Shown: positions 1 to 13,882 of the stretch, one piece after another
How the letters are laid out: each line of letters opens with the position of its first letter
Numbering within the stretch: position 1 is the first letter of the stretch
From: Podarcis cretensis
Lineage: Eukaryota
Assembly: GCA_951804945.1 (NCBI GenBank)
Contig: OX638155.1
Coordinates: 29,326,001 to 29,390,000, forward strand
DNA length: 64,000 nucleotides
Reading direction: 5' to 3'
Program-made: the position numbers and the translations under genes
The notes under the pieces: generated by a model
Databases searched by the model: none
Told to the model about the DNA's origin: nothing
The model's input: only the letters and a program-made list of their open reading frames with translations

Positions 1-754
1 TTTTCTGCACTGTTATACACAAGCCAGGTGACAAGCTGCAGAAATGACGAAACATGCTTCTAAGATCACACATCCTATTATAATAATCCGGCTTGTGCCA
101 CTTATGCACTAGCCATCATTCAACCTGATTCATCGCCAAAAGCTCCCTAGGGAACGGGGGGGGGGGGCTTCCTGAGCTCTGCAGTGCTGCAGAGGGTATT
201 TAGGAGTGATTGGGTCTATGGGCCATTCCATCGCATCACCCCATAATGAGATCAGGGCCTCATCAGGACCACCAGCCCTGTCAATCTGGAAACCCTCCAG
301 AGCATTCTGGAATCCTTCAGATCTCATTCGTCTCCAAGGCTTAATTGTTCCTGCAGGGGGTTACTGTCACCACCATTTCAAATCTCACCAGGAAATGGTC
401 TGACTGTGACAATGGGCTTATCACACCCTTCCCCCCCCCCAAAAAAAAATATTCCATACCATCTCCTGCCCACTCTGTTGCAAAAGTCAGATCGAGTGCC
501 ACCCTACCCACTGTGGGTCAGTGATGTGTTGAGTCAGAGATAAGACAACTGTGATGGTCATAAATAGGTGTTCCTTGCATAGAAAGCTAACAGCTTGGGA
601 AGAAGGGTACTGGTGATGGTAAAAATATTTATAAGCTTGTCAGAAAAAGTGTTTTAAATATAGTTATGATCAGGTGCATGCCTTAACTAAAGTGTAGCAG
701 ATATATTAGTCAAGCTTTGCTTGAGACCTCATGGTTACAACAACTGACCTGGTA

Positions 755-759
<5 letters not shown>

Positions 760-790
<31 letters not shown>
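760..790. repeat. (TG)n microsatellite
   Basis: Direct TG run. Confidence 0.95.
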
Positions 791-794
<4 letters not shown>

Positions 795-1014
795 ATTGCA
801 CCTAGTCCCCATTGTCAGCACTTTGGCATCCAGCCCTTTAAGCCCATTTGGGAACTGCCATATCTTTGGCTTTCTCTCTGACCTTTGGACAACCCTTGTG
901 TGTGCTCATATCTCTTGACACGTTGCCTTTATAGGTATGGAACTCCTTTGCAAGAAACACGCAGACCAGCCCAGGAGCAAATGGCATGCTGGGGTGGTAA
1001 CGCTTCCCCGACCT

Positions 1015-1175
1015 CCTGGCTGCTGCGTTGCTGCTGCTTACCAGGAGGGGGAGCAGTGAGAATGTGGAGAGGTTGGCATGGTGCAAATCCACCTGAAGAA
1101 CTCCTGCTGGGGCATTTCCTCCATGCTGACCTCCTTGCCGCCTCACCTCTCCCTCCCAGTAAACAACTCAGTTGT
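1015..1175. mobile_element. Old palindromic MITE-like repeat; related partial copy at ~10440-10590
   Basis: TTACCAGGAGGGGG...GGTTGGCATGGTGCAAAT is an imperfect inverted repeat of ATTTCCTCCATGCTGACCTCC...CCCAGTAA; CCATGCTGACCTCC recurs near 10535. Confidence 0.4.
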
Positions 1176-1439
1176 TGGAGGCCAGGGACGTAAGTCCTGC
1201 CACTCCACCACGTCATCTGCTGCTAATCGCCCCCCTCCCCATCTCTTTCCCCCTTCGTTCAGCAGTGACAAAAGCAGTGGCAGTCAGCCCCAATGCTACC
1301 TGGCACCTACACGCTTGTTAGGCCTTGCTGGCCTTATAACTTCTACCAGTATATTGGATGGGCTTAAATGGCCAGAGCCAAGTGGTGTTTTGCTCCTGTG
1401 AGGCTCAGGGCATGCATGGTGTCTGCCTACACTCCCTAT

Positions 1440-2330
1440 TGTCCTCTGCTTAAACGGGCTAGATTTATTTACGATCCTCCTCCTGATGTATTCATCGCCA
1501 GGCTTGCAAACACCTAGTTAATCCATTTAGGCCCCCTCATCTCTGTTCATCCGCTCATAAACCTATTACCTCTGAGGTGCTGTGCTCAGAGACACAGGTG
1601 CCAGCCTGGTGCACAAAGCCCAATTGAGTTATGCGAGCAAGCTGTGTGGGGACCCCTCGCGTTCATGATTCAGGCCCACACGGGGGAATTGCTTGCGTTA
1701 CGTGGCAGAGACACTTTATTAAATATCGATTTAAATCACAGCCTTTAATAAAATCTGATCGGAGACCCCTTTTCACCTCCCCCCCTTTCCTCACCCCCCC
1801 CTTCCATCCTCCATCCCCACGCTCTGCCAACGGGGCCTGCCTGATGACAGTGGCGGCTCCGAAATAAATAGTTAGCAAGCAGCTCGATGGCAAACCCTTA
1901 TCAACAGTAATGAGGCATTTGTGATAATCGAGTGATGAAATGTAAATGGGCAGTAATGAGCACAATTACATCCACTGGGGAACCATCAAAGAGGCTTCTT
2001 TCCTCAGATAGATGAGCTGTTCCATTTGTCGCTGTCCATTGCTGGCTATGCTCGGAGAGCAGAGCGGCGGGAGGAGCTTGCTGGGAGGGAAAGAAAGAAG
2101 GGAGTGTGTTAGCAGAACAGGCTTGCTGACAATCAGGTAAAGAGAAACACACACCAGAGCGATTGCCTTTAATGCTACCTTAGATGGTTATCCTTTTCCT
2201 CCCCGCTTCCTCCACCCCTCCCCTGCTCCTCTAACTTGTGGTCCTTAGGGATGATTCGATTTGCCGAAACGTTTGAAAACTGCCTCATTGGTGCTAACTA
2301 GATTAAAGCCGAGCCTATGTCTGTCTGATA
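1440..2330. promoter_or_regulatory. Putative conserved non-coding element / developmental enhancer cluster
   Basis: Repeat-free, CpG-retaining and dense in homeodomain/TALE/TCF-like words (GATTTATTTACG, TAATCC, TGACAG, ATCAAAG). Conservation is inferred, not measured. Confidence 0.5.
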
Positions 2331-2702
2331 TACACTGGAAATATGCAGGGTGACTGCAATTGGCTTTCAGCTGGAACCGAGCTCCAGAACCCCGGGATGG
2401 TTGCCAGGGCTACTGCTTATGTCATCTTTGCGAAGCAAGGAGCTGGCGAGGAGAAATACTGACAGGCACAGGAAACCGGGTAACTCAGCACTTCGGTAAT
2501 CTTGACTGCTCAGTGTTAACAAAAATTGGTGCCTGCACGGTAGGAAAGGAATGCATGATCAAAGTGGCCTAATCCTGTCCAGGATTAAGGCAGGTAATTC
2601 CTGTGACTAAATAATTCTCGATACGAGGAAAGAAGCACACCAGAAAGGGGAAATTACACAGAGCACCACATTTTGGACTGTTGCCTCATTTATTTATGGG
2701 TG

Positions 2703-2935
2703 CTGGTGTAACATCGTGGCCAGGAGCCAGGAGGCAAGAAGAGCTCAGTTTGAACCTCATCTGTCAAGAGTTAGGTCACCTTTGGTTAGCCCTAAGTCTC
2801 TGAGTCCCCTACCTCCATCTGCATAATGCAGGGACTGAAACTCACTCTCCTACCTTACAGGGCTGTTGTTATGGGTTGCAATGAGATGACAAACACGCTT
2901 TGAACGTTGCAGTAGGTATTGCAGGCACTTTGAAG
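2703..2935 (+). mobile_element. Degenerate MIR/Ther1-like CORE SINE
   Basis: Decayed tRNA head, CTCCATCTGCATAATG core and CCTACCTTACAGGGCTGTTGTTATGGG. Confidence 0.5.
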
Positions 2936-3144
2936 GTTTGAAAACATTGTGCAAGCACCAGGAGTTTTTGTTATTGCCATCTTATTTATATGAAGGCTTG
3001 GGGGATAGAAATAAAAATAAAAATGCATATTCCCATTCAGATATTGTTGCATTGTTGAATCTTCCACCTCTCACATTAGCCCTTTCCACAAGCTTACACC
3101 CAGTTCACCCTCTATTCTCACATCTCTTCTGACTCATGACTTCA

Positions 3145-3663
3145 ACTACGTGGTGCTACCTTTGAAGGTGACCCAGAAACTGCAATTAATCCAGAATGCG
3201 GCAGCTAGACTGGTGACTGGGAGTGGCCGCCGGGACCACATAACACCGGTCTTGAGAAATCTGCATTGGCTCCCAGTACGTTTCCGAGCACAATTCAAAG
3301 TGTTGGTACTGACCTTTAAAGCCCTAAACGGCCTCGGACCTGTATACCTGAAGGAATGTCTCCACCCCCATCGTTCAGCCCAGACACTGAGATCCAGCGC
3401 CGAGGGCCTTCTGGCGGTTCCCTCATTGTGAGAAGTGAGGTTACAGGGAACCAGACAGAGGGCCTTCTCGGTAGTGGCGCCCACCCTGTGGAACACCCTC
3501 TCTTCAGATGTGAAGGAAATATGCAGCTATCCTATCTTTAAATGACATCTGAAGGCAGGGAAGTTTTTAATATCTCATGCTATACTGTTTTTAACACTTG
3601 ATTGGGAGCTGCCCAGAGTGGCTGGGGAAACTCAGCCAGATGGGCGGGGTATAAATAATAAAT

Positions 3664-3664
<1 letters not shown>
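3145..3664 (+). mobile_element. L2-clade LINE 3' fragment
   Basis: QLIQNAAARLVTG...HITPVLRNLHWLP...RAFSVVAPTLWN, the L2 ORF2 C-terminus, then 3' UTR and a (TAC)n(TAT)n tail. Confidence 0.9.
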
Positions 3665-3695
<31 letters not shown>

Positions 3696-3850
3696 TTATT
3701 ATTATTATAACTTTTACCCCACCCGACCAGCCCATACTCCACTTATTTTTTTGCCGGCCCTACCATTAGGCAAAGTCATGTGATGGATTCAGAAGGCAGG
3801 TGCTAGTACCAGTAGTAGCAGTACCAGCAGTACCAGCAGTAGCAGTACCA
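3662..3850. repeat. (TAC)n/(TAT)n tail and (GTAGCA/GTACCA)n simple repeat
   Basis: Visible at 3662-3708 and ~3803-3850. Confidence 0.85.
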
Positions 3851-5040
3851 ATTTCTATTTATTCATTCATAAACATAGTTTTATACTGCTATTACATAAA
3901 AAAAATTATCAAAGTGGGTTACAGCCAAAGTACATTAAACCATACAGTAAAAACCATACAAAAAAGAAGGAAATCAGATATCAATTAACCATTGTGGAGA
4001 GATGTTTTCTTTGTTGCCACTTATAAGTAGAATTGTTACTCAGGATTATTACTAATTTTTTTACATACTTTACCAGGATTTTAATCTCTTGGCCTAGTCT
4101 CATCAGAAATGGATAATGCAGAGACTGTACTTGTTTGCAGGTGTAAATCTAGTGAGACATTTTCGCTGTTACTATGGATTCAAGAGCTGCCTTAGTGTCC
4201 ATGCGCACATGAAATTGTCATGCCAAAACAGACCTGCGTCCAAACTGGAGTGTAAATTATGCACTATGTGTGCTGAACAAGAAAGTACGCACACTGTGTT
4301 GTCACAAGGCGTAGGGTGCTGATGAGACCAGCACTAAAGTGCAATGTGCTTTCAGATGGATCCCTTACATCAGTTGGGCGACTGGGATCTAGAAAAAGTG
4401 ATAAAATCACATTAGGAAACAAGTGAACTACATATTGCAATAGGGCTAGGTGAGAGAGAAGGAAGATGGCAAGAGACATCTTGTCTGGAGGACACCATGT
4501 CAGACATAGCACTTGCTCTGCCCTCTGTACTATTGGCTGAGGTGAATGGAATATCACACTTGAAAGCAAAGTATGCAGACCTTTGGTCTGGTACCCAACA
4601 CTTGCAGTGTGTGGATCACTGTGGACAATGCACACTTAGTTATAGGTATGGAAATGCCCTTTGATTAATCACTTCTTGTCAAATGCTTGGCATCTTTCAC
4701 ATGTGCTACTCATCCAACAACTGATCTACAAATGGGTGCCTTGAATAAATTGAGCTAATATTACACAATGGTACTCCAGGTAACACTAATCATATCATCT
4801 TGCATAAACCACAATAACTGATAGTGATGTTCTTAATTCATTCAAAACATTCTAGCGAATTGCTTAAAGTTATTTCAAAGATTGAAGGTTCCATATTGTG
4901 AAACCCGACTGCTCTCTGTAGTGTTCAGTTCTCAGTACAGTGCTGCCTCTTTGCTTCTCTTTTGCTTATCCCCATTGGTGCCTGTAGCAATTAAATGGAT
5001 AATGAGCCGAAGGCCAAACAGATCCTCCAATGTATTTGTA

Positions 5041-5282
5041 CAGTGGTACATTGGTTCTTGAATTTAAACCATTCTGGGAGTCTGTTCAACTCCCCAAATG
5101 GTTTGAAAACAAAGGCGTGGCTTCCGATTGGCTGTAGGAGCTTCCTGTACACAATTGGAAGCCGCGTTGGACATTCGGCTTCCAAAAACCGTTCTCAAAC
5201 CAGAACACTCACTTCTGGGTTTGCAGCGTTTGGGAGCCGATTTGTTCAGGAGCCAAGCCGTTCAACTACCAAGGTACCACTG
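5041..5282. mobile_element. Tc1/mariner-pogo (Tigger-like) MITE
   Basis: TIRs CAGTGGTACATTGG / CCAAGGTACCACTG with TA on both sides; internally similar to 19038-19288. Confidence 0.85.
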
Positions 5283-5557
5283 TATTTGGTTGCAAATTGG
5301 GTCCCTCCCTATGTCTTGATGAGGTGCCTTTTGAAATTTGCCCCAGCTCTCCAGCTCCTGTATTATTGGCCCACTCTTAATAAGATTTTAGTGTTCCCTT
5401 CTGATATGAGTGCCACTGAGCTGAATGATAGGAGTTTCTGGACAAATGAAAGGAAGTACTCAGGCAGTGCAAGTTATACTATAGAATTTGCTGACCACAG
5501 AACTTGGAGATGGTCACCAGCTTAAAAAGATAAAGATAAAGATAAAGGGTAGGTTTT

Positions 5558-5673
5558 CAGGAGCAGGGACCAAGCAACAGGAGCTCACCCGGTCATGGGG
5601 ATTCGAACCGCCGACCTTCTGATCGGCAAGTCCTAGGCTCTGTGGCTTAACCCACAGCGCTATCTGCGTCCCC
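5558..5673 (-). mobile_element. Sauria SINE 5' fragment
   Basis: Reverse complement of the tRNA-derived head (GGTTCGAATCCCC B-box), matching other copies. Confidence 0.85.
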
Positions 5674-6612
5674 AGCTTAGGAGATCAGATAAATTCATGA
5701 AGGAAAGGGCTATCAATGACTACTAGGCATGATGATTGCATGCTACCTCCTGAATCAGAGACAGCATAATTGGACAAAAATGGTGAAAAATTGTGCTCAT
5801 CACCATCGTGGAGCTTCCCAGAAACATCTGGTTAGCCACCTGGGGATAAAAGATGCTGGTCTGTTCCTGCAGGGCTTTTCTTAGGTTCTTATGCTTGGCA
5901 TCTTCAGTGACTCCACATAGAACATTCATATTTATCCATATTTGTTTTACCTGTGAGAATCACATGGAGATGCAAGAGAAGTAGGCATTTTTGATAACTA
6001 AAGTTCAGACAATGTGGCTTTAACTGTATCTATGAATCACCGAGGTCTTCTGCTTATTGGAAATTCATTAGCTATTAAATTATATTGGCTATTGACCTCA
6101 ATCCTCAAATGTAAGCAATAAGATTTCAATTGCACTGGTTTAAAAGCATTAAACTGTAGCAGCTGGCATTATTTCTGCTCGCTCTCATAGTCTTCTGTGC
6201 ATTCCACTTGATCGTAGCATTTTAAATAAAATGACGCTGTGTTAGGCATAATTTCAGAACTACCACCTTTTACGACATATTATTCACCCAGTGAGCTCAT
6301 GGCTTGTTGTGAACAGTAGTGTCTGGTTGCTGAAACCTGGTGGCCTAACATGAGACGGCTCTGTTATGCTAGCATTTCCTCTTGAATTTTTAAGACAGGA
6401 ACTATGTCATAGGGAAGTCACAGGGCCGCTGCAAAAATGACAGCTTTGTGTTAGGTTCTCCTCTGCCACTACATAATATGTAATACAACTTATTTATTTA
6501 TTACTTTGTGTCCTCCTGACATCATTATGCCACATACCCTGGTGATGTGGACTAGGGAAACAAGATGCATTGTGCAATGATGCCATTACATAAAGGTAAG
6601 CACCAGCATTCT

Positions 6613-6613
6613 A

Positions 6614-6664
<51 letters not shown>

Positions 6665-6990
6665 TTATACCCCACCCATCTGGCTGTGTTTCCCCAACCA
6701 CTCTGGCTGGCTCCCAATCGAGTGTTAAAAACAATACAGCATTAAATATTAAAAACTTCCCTAAGCAGGGCTGCCTTCAGATGTCTTTTAAAGATAAGAT
6801 AGCTGCTTATTTCCTTCACATCTGAAGGGAGGGCATTCCACAGGGTGGGTGCCACTACCAAGAAGGCCCTCTGCCTGGTTCCCTGTAACCTCACTTCTTG
6901 CAGCGAGGGAACCGCCAGAAGGCCCTCAGCACTGGATCTCAGTGTCTGGGCTGAATGATGGGGGAGGAGATGCTCCTTCAGGTATACTAG
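6613..6990 (-). mobile_element. L2-clade LINE 3' fragment with (TAA)n tail
   Basis: Minus ORF VYLKEHL...RAFLVVAPTLWNALP; same family as 3145-3664. Confidence 0.9.
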
Positions 6991-8726
6991 ACGTTTCAAA
7001 GACAGAGGAATTTGATGTGGTTTGGTGACAACCTTAATCATGGACCTGACCAGTGTCTTATGTATTGATGGTAATTTATCTCATTCTTCTGAAATAGAAG
7101 CTAAAGGTTTGGATAGTTTCAGTGATGGTGGAAAAGGTCCCTCTTTCCTGTGATGAAATCGGCCAATCCCCCCCTCCCCCTGTTTAGTAAAATCTGGAGC
7201 ACAGATCATTATAGTGCCTTTGGCAGCTAATTTGAACATCAGTGACTCAACTTTGAGAAGGAGCTTTTTCTGCCCTAAAGAATATCTCAGAGTTTTCCGA
7301 CTGCAGTAATTGAAAAATCCCCAAACACTCGCTCACGGAGGAGATGCACATTACTGCAGGAACAGTCTACAAATTGTAAAGTATTCAATTTACATTCCCA
7401 CCACCTCAGGGCAGTTGAGAAGAATTTATATCTTCAGAAACCTTTGAACTAACAAAAGATAAGATTCAACAGCAAGGTCTACTTGCATAAAGATTTTTTT
7501 TATTTTTTTTAAAGCTCCCTTCATTTTTGTTCTGAAGGAAATATCTTGTTGAAACTGAGGTTAAAGTCATTTACCTGGAACTTACGAAAGCACTGCAGAG
7601 AGGAAGAAATGAGTTATGGACATGCTTGTGATTCCTGAATTGTGGCTAATCAAGGGAGCTTTTCATGGTTATCCAGGTGTGGCCGCCACATCAAATAGCC
7701 ACTGGACTTCATTGTGTATGGGTAGCCATTTTGTGTGTGGAAGCAACATCCATGTTCAGGTCATTTTAAACACAAGCTGCCCTCAACATATCACATCACA
7801 GCATTTGAGGCCCATTTAGTGGTTTTTCCTAAAATGAAGTCCACAAGAAAACAGTTAGGCTGTAGAATGTATTGCTTTGCAGATAAATCCAAAATTTAAT
7901 GCAAATTCTATTCATTTCCGAACACAAAAGCCAAAAGATCCCCATAAACAATGTCAGTGCAGTTATTTATTAACAAGTGTAAATAAAATAAATAATCATT
8001 TAGGAAAAATGAGATGTAGTTCCACGATGGATTGTGTCTGCTAAAAGATTGCATATCTTTAAGAGTCAATGGAGATTTTTTTCTGTAACTTGCAAATCTT
8101 GAGATCATGAAGGAGCTGCTCGGTTATGTTGTTTTGCCATCGTGATGTTTCTCTCATAATTTACATTACTATCACCTCATATCCACTTTCCTTATAAAGC
8201 AGGGGTGGATAGCCTGAGACCTTCCAGAAGTTTCTGGACTACAACTCCTCTCATCCATGATCATAAGCCATTCTTGCTGAGGTTCCATGAATGACTAGAG
8301 AGCCTATGCTCCATTGCAAAAGTCTTCAAAATCATTTGAAGAACTACTGTGTTTCTGTTTGCACATTGTTTTGAGAAGTACAAAAAAGCAGACTCTCATT
8401 AAAACACAAACTTAATTTCTTACCCATCACCAAGTAAAGTTTACTCATGGCTGAATCCCACTGAAACCAATAAAAACAAATTGTCCATAGCTTACTCAAG
8501 ACCGTCTGCTTTTAGTTGGGCATAATTAGGATAAACTTTTGCTAGATTAGGGTGACAATGAAGTTCTTCTTAAATGATGTTGCCATAACTTCTTACTTGC
8601 AGGAAAGGTGATATTTTTGCATCTCTCACTCCAACAAATCTGAAAAGTCCTTGTCCCATTAAAAAATATGCTGCAAAGTTGGGAGTTTCTTCCAGAAGAA
8701 AACATTTGAGGAATTTTAAAGAATGT

Positions 8727-8805
8727 CTAGGCATGTGGACAGATCTGTCAATTCTGGTTTCTCTCAGTTTATCCTTTTCCTAGGGACCTGGCTACATTAG
8801 TTGTT

Positions 8806-8844
<39 letters not shown>

Positions 8845-9015
8845 TAAAAAGCATTTTAAATGCATTGTAACACTGTGACACCAGATGGCGCTGTAGAATT
8901 CCATCTTTTGGCAACGTGATTTCCCATTATGAGGTTTACAACTCATTTTCCTGAAACATTTTTTAATGTGTCTAGATCCAGCCTTAAATTCAGTTCTTCA
9001 CATTTCCACATCCGT

Positions 9016-9055
<40 letters not shown>

Positions 9056-9345
9056 AGTTCTCTTGAAATCCACCAGCACTGGGGTGCATTTTTTTCCTCA
9101 TATACACATTCTTGTAAAGCAATTTTCCTTAATATACCACATTTTTTATATTATTCTCACTAATATATACAATTTATGCACACTTTACCCTAATATATTA
9201 ATTCTGAACACATTACTTGTCTGGAGAGCTGCCCGGCAAAATTTGGAGAACTGCAGATTTCAAAGAGCAGATGTGTTTCAGAAAGAGTGAATTAGGTGGG
9301 CTCGCCTTTAAGTGCAAGTTGAATCTAATTTCTCCCATATCCCTA
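8727..9345. mobile_element. Old dispersed repeat, probably a non-autonomous DNA transposon; related copies at ~54012-54545 and ~55087-55500
   Basis: Shared GATCTGTCAATT(C/T)TGGTT...CTCAG...CAGTTCT...CACATTT...GGAGAACTGCA blocks; TAGGGA-like termini. Confidence 0.55.
8877..8893 (+). promoter_or_regulatory. CTCF-like motif inside a repeat
   Basis: GACACCAGATGGCGCTG resembles the CTCF core CCASYAGRKGGCRS. Confidence 0.35.
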
Positions 9346-11574
9346 GGATCCTACTGAAATTTTTCAGGACTATTATTGCATACCCTCAGGTTGTTCTCAG
9401 ATTTTACTGAAGGGTGTGTATGTGTGTGCACGCGCGTGTGCGTGTGCCTATTTCATCACAGGGCAAAGCAGCCCTTTCTACCACCAGGAAGGCTTCTATG
9501 CCAGAAGAGTGAGATAAATGCTTGACAATGGATAAACACTAAGTTCATGATTAAGGACAGAGAGAAAATTAGAATCTTCTGCAGCATTTTTCAAAGTGGT
9601 CTCTGGGTGAGTGTGAATGGGCTCTTCACACAAACAACTCTACAAATAGCTGCTTATGCAGTCCAGGTGTTCTGTAACAACTGCAGTATGATATTCCCCC
9701 CCCCCTTTTGTTTCATTGCCATTTGACCTCACTTATTACCTTTCCCCCTCCCTGTACCTTGTAATTTGTTAATCTAATTTAGGTTCAGATTTTCACTTTA
9801 GCAACCCTGTGGATTGGGGTGGGGTGGGGTGGGGTAAAGTACGATCAGATAAAGACTGCAGATCCACTGTTATAATGGAAATGACTTGATTGGTCTAATG
9901 ATACATAAAATTATTCTTTCATTTTCCTGCAGAAAAATAATATAAACTTGGAATAAAGAGGAAGGAAAATACAATACTCCAGTATAATACTTAGAAAATA
10001 ATATGAATTGCAAATCATATAAAAACAGCATTATAATTCTGTTGGTAAAGCACTGGGACTTGTTTGAATGAGACTCCTAGGGTGCCTATTTCCTTCTCTT
10101 TCTAATTATGTCTAGCCCACTCAGTTTTCAAAAAGAATTTCTAACCTCCATAGCATTTTGGAATAAAGATCATAGTTTCTTAGCTTGTGCATGTGACCAA
10201 GTTAGAGTGTGTGTGTGCATGCATACATACCCACACAGCAAATACACATGTGTACATACACATCTGCCACCTGAGGAGCACACACCATGCATCTGATGAA
10301 GTGGAGTCTAATCCACAACAGTTTATGTGATAAAAAAAGGTACTTGCAGAATTGTACTTTTGTGAATTCCAAGATACACTGATTTGATTTGCACCTGCCA
10401 GACTCAGAAGCAATTCACGGTATGGGGCAGAGATGCTATGCTAGCTTCCTGGCAGGTGAGTTGCTTGCCAAGAGATAGGTGCAGTGCAAACACACCAGCA
10501 GAGCCAGCTTGACACTCCTGCTGCTGTGTTTGCACCATGCTGACCTCCCTGTCACCCCTCCCCTCTACTTCCCCTCCTGGTAAGTGACAGAGACCCACCT
10601 CTCAAGAAGCTAGCATAATGAGTGCCCAAGAGCTGCTTCTGCCCAGATGAACTTACAGACTACAATATGATTCTTTCGTACATCCCAAATGCAGTTGTGG
10701 GCTGAAAAATATACCTCAATATACACTTTAAAGTGTGCTTTTGAGGAAGTTCAATTTGGGGACAAAATGTGTAGTATTCAATTTAGAGTAGACACATTGA
10801 TTTCAATAGTTTTACTCTAACACCCAGCATGTTTAAAAATATGTATTTAAATGTTTATTTCAATGAATGTTTTTCAAAGGACTAAAACAAGCACTGAGTA
10901 ATGCATAAGCAGATGGAAGTGACTTATGGGTGAACATAAGCAAAAGTGATTCAGACTAAAAATAGACTAATTTGTCCATATTTACCACAGTATATCTGCT
11001 ACTCTGTAGGATGCCAGAACCCTCTTTGTTGTTTTTGAGTCATAGGTATGGATGTGTTCAGTCTGGTGGACCATAACTTTTGCATCCTTTATGATAAGTA
11101 TACTTGTTGTTCATCGGCTAGTGAAACCCAGCTCATAGTTGCAACCTGCTGCACAAGGGGCCACACGAAGGCTGTCATGTGAGAGAAAGTTGTGTGATAA
11201 GTGGTTTGTCTGAAATGGCCTCCATTGTGGTTCTGTTGATATCAGTCGTGTCATCATGTATCAAACAGATCTTGGCATACCCTGAACTTGAAATGTTCAA
11301 GACCCAATACACAGACAACTTCGCTTAACTCTGGTGGAGATTTACACCTTCATTTTTCTGCCTGACTAGTTAACAACACAAATATTATACTCCCTGTCCC
11401 TGTTCTCTTTCTTCATTCACTGCCCATTTCCTTCATCTTGTGCGCCCTGAAATTATTGCCCTATGGTTTATTCCCTCCTCCCTTTTGTTCCAAGTGTTTC
11501 ACTTCCCTCCATCACTCTCTCTTTTTAGATCAGCATGCATATTTTAGTGAGAAGAAACATTGGAGTTTGCAGGA

Positions 11575-11946
11575 AAAAGGTAAAGGACCCCTGGACTCTT
11601 AAGCCCAGTCAAAGGCGACTATGGGGTTGCGGCGCTCATCTTGCTTTCAGGCCGAGGGAGCCGGCGTTTGTTCACAGGCAGCTTTCCGGGTCATGTGGCC
11701 AGCATGTCTAAACTGCTTCTGGCATAACGGAATACCATGACAGAAACCAGAGTGCACGGAAATGCTGTTTACCTTCCCATCACAGCGGTACCTATTTATC
11801 TACTTGCACTGGCGTGCTTTCAAACTGCTATGCTGGCAGGAGCTGGGACAGAGCAACGGGAGCTCACTCCATCAAGGGGACTCAAACCGCCAACCTTCTG
11901 ATCAGTAAGCCCAAGAGGCTCAGTGGTTTAGACCACAGCACTACCC
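11575..11946 (-). mobile_element. Sauria SINE (older subfamily)
   Basis: AAAGGT tail at left, conserved CCTATTTATCTACTTGCAC body, tRNA head at right. Confidence 0.9.
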
Positions 11947-12008
11947 AGCACTACCCATCTGTGTGTGTGAGAGAGAGAGAGATGGAAAATATATATAAAC
12001 CACAGTAA

Positions 12009-12366
12009 AGGTAAAGGTACCCCTGCCCGTACGGGCCAGTCTTGACAGACTCTGGGGTTGTGCGCCCATCTCACTTAAGAGGCCAGGGGCCAGCGCTGTC
12101 CGGAGACACTTCCGGGTCACATGGCCAGCGTGACATCGCTGCTCTGGCCAGAGTCAGAGCCGCACACGGAAACGCCATTTACCTTCCCGCTGGTAAGCGG
12201 TCCCTATTTATCTACTTGCACCCGGAGGTGCTTTCGAACTGCTAGGTTGGCAGGCGCTGGGACTGAGCAGCGGGAGCGCACCCCGCCGCAGGGATTCGAA
12301 CCGCCGACCTTTCGATCGGCAAGCCCTAGGTGCTGAGGCTTTAACCCACAGCGCCACCTGCGTCCC
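12009..12366 (-). mobile_element. Sauria SINE, young subfamily, full length
   Basis: 12-bp TSD AAACCACAGTAA (11997-12008, 12367-12378); near-identical to 33329-33686 and 49644-50008. Confidence 0.95.
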
Positions 12367-12951
12367 AAACCACAGTAAGACAGACATCTTAATAAGTTGT
12401 ATGCACTGTGCAGAGAAGGTGTCACCTTTAGGAGAGGTCTTGCATCATTTCCCATTACAAGTCCCATGACAAGGGGTCACCCAACAGAAAGGTAAGGAAT
12501 TTGACCAAACCAATTAAAAGAAAGGCTATCAATCGCACACTCCCGACTCCAAAGCGCCCCCCCCCCCGCCTCTGAATTAGTAAAGAATTCTAATTGTTCT
12601 GTGTTCAGTATCAATAGCAGCTAGGGTTACAAGGTCTAACACCTCATTCAGTTCAAGAAACTAGTAATAGACACACTAGCACCATTCTTGCTAGGTAGGA
12701 AGTGGTCTTTCCCTTCCTGTGCCCCCCACCTTGTCCTGATCAAAGGCCATTCCATGTAATTGCTGATCTAATGATATCCTTTCACTTTGACTGGGTTTTG
12801 CATTTGTACAGGAAAGGGAGGGAAAGAACAAAAGAAGGAAGGAGAAACTAATTTTATTCAATCCTCCCTAGAACGATGCAATTACCCATAAGAATATCCA
12901 ATGCTGATTATTATGTGGAAAACTAAAGGAAGTTTTCTAATGCAATCATTG

Positions 12952-13385
12952 TGTCAGGGAACTGCCATCAGGGCCGGAGGGAGAGAGCGGGCTCCAGAGG
13001 GATTCCAGATAGCGTCCCGGGATGGGGAGAGGCAGCCCATCTTCTGGGGAAGGGAATCAGTGTAGCACCAGTGGAGAAGGGGGGCAGATGGGGGAATCGG
13101 CGAGGCGGTCCCATGACTCCTTGCCGGGGACCAGCGGGGAGAGTAAGGGTCCTCCGCTGCCCACACCCTCCTTGCGCAGAAGGCTTCCGTGCAGGGAGAG
13201 TAGGAGGAGACTAGGTGTCAAAGAGCTTCTTTGCTGGAAGAAGTTCAAGAAACGCCCACTGACAGATTCTGCCAGTGATTGAGACAGCCACGGGCGAGTG
13301 GCTGTCCGGACAGAAGAGGTTCACCCAGGCAACCCAGCCAGGTGTAGCGCCGGTTTACGCACAAGCAACCCCTGGAACCATTACA
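12952..13385. mobile_element. Solo LTR (probably Gypsy)
   Basis: TGT...ACA termini, 434 bp, flanked by 5-bp TSD CATTG (12947-12951, 13386-13390); GC-rich relative to flanks. Confidence 0.7.
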
Positions 13386-13477
13386 CATTGATTTTGCGTT
13401 ATTTGGTTGTGTGTGTGTGTGTGTCGTATTTTTGTGAGGTTTGTGTGTGTGAGAGAGGAAGGGTGGTGGTGGTGGTA

Positions 13478-13880
13478 TAGAAATTGATAAATGTTTCTAT
13501 TAACTAATAACCCAGGAATCAACAGTCTTATAAAACTGGGTTTATTCAGCCCAGGAAAATTAGGCAATCCATCATGACTGATTTGTTCACGTTTTCCCCC
13601 TGCAAATAAGTGAGATGAAAACTTTAAAACCAATAAGATAATGCACTTAACAAATTCAGCTGAGAGAGATGGATAAAGTAAGACGCCACTGGCATCGGTT
13701 AAGGAAAATCTGTCGTGTTTCCAATTATTTGAGCAGATTTTGTATCCCCCATTTGCTGCCAGACTGACTGCATCCCTCTCCCCCCCCCCGCCACCACCCG
13801 CCACACTTTCTCCCCTCTTCCAAACCAGATCATCTGATCTTAAATCAGAACAAGCTCATCATATCGCACTATGAAAGGCC
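13478..13880. promoter_or_regulatory. Putative conserved non-coding element
   Basis: Unique, motif-rich sequence next to an N block. Confidence 0.35.
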
Positions 13881-13882
13881 AA

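Noticed and set aside
4995-5525. 176-aa ORF, and the similar ORFs at 19006-19329
   Set aside because: Chance frames across non-coding MITEs
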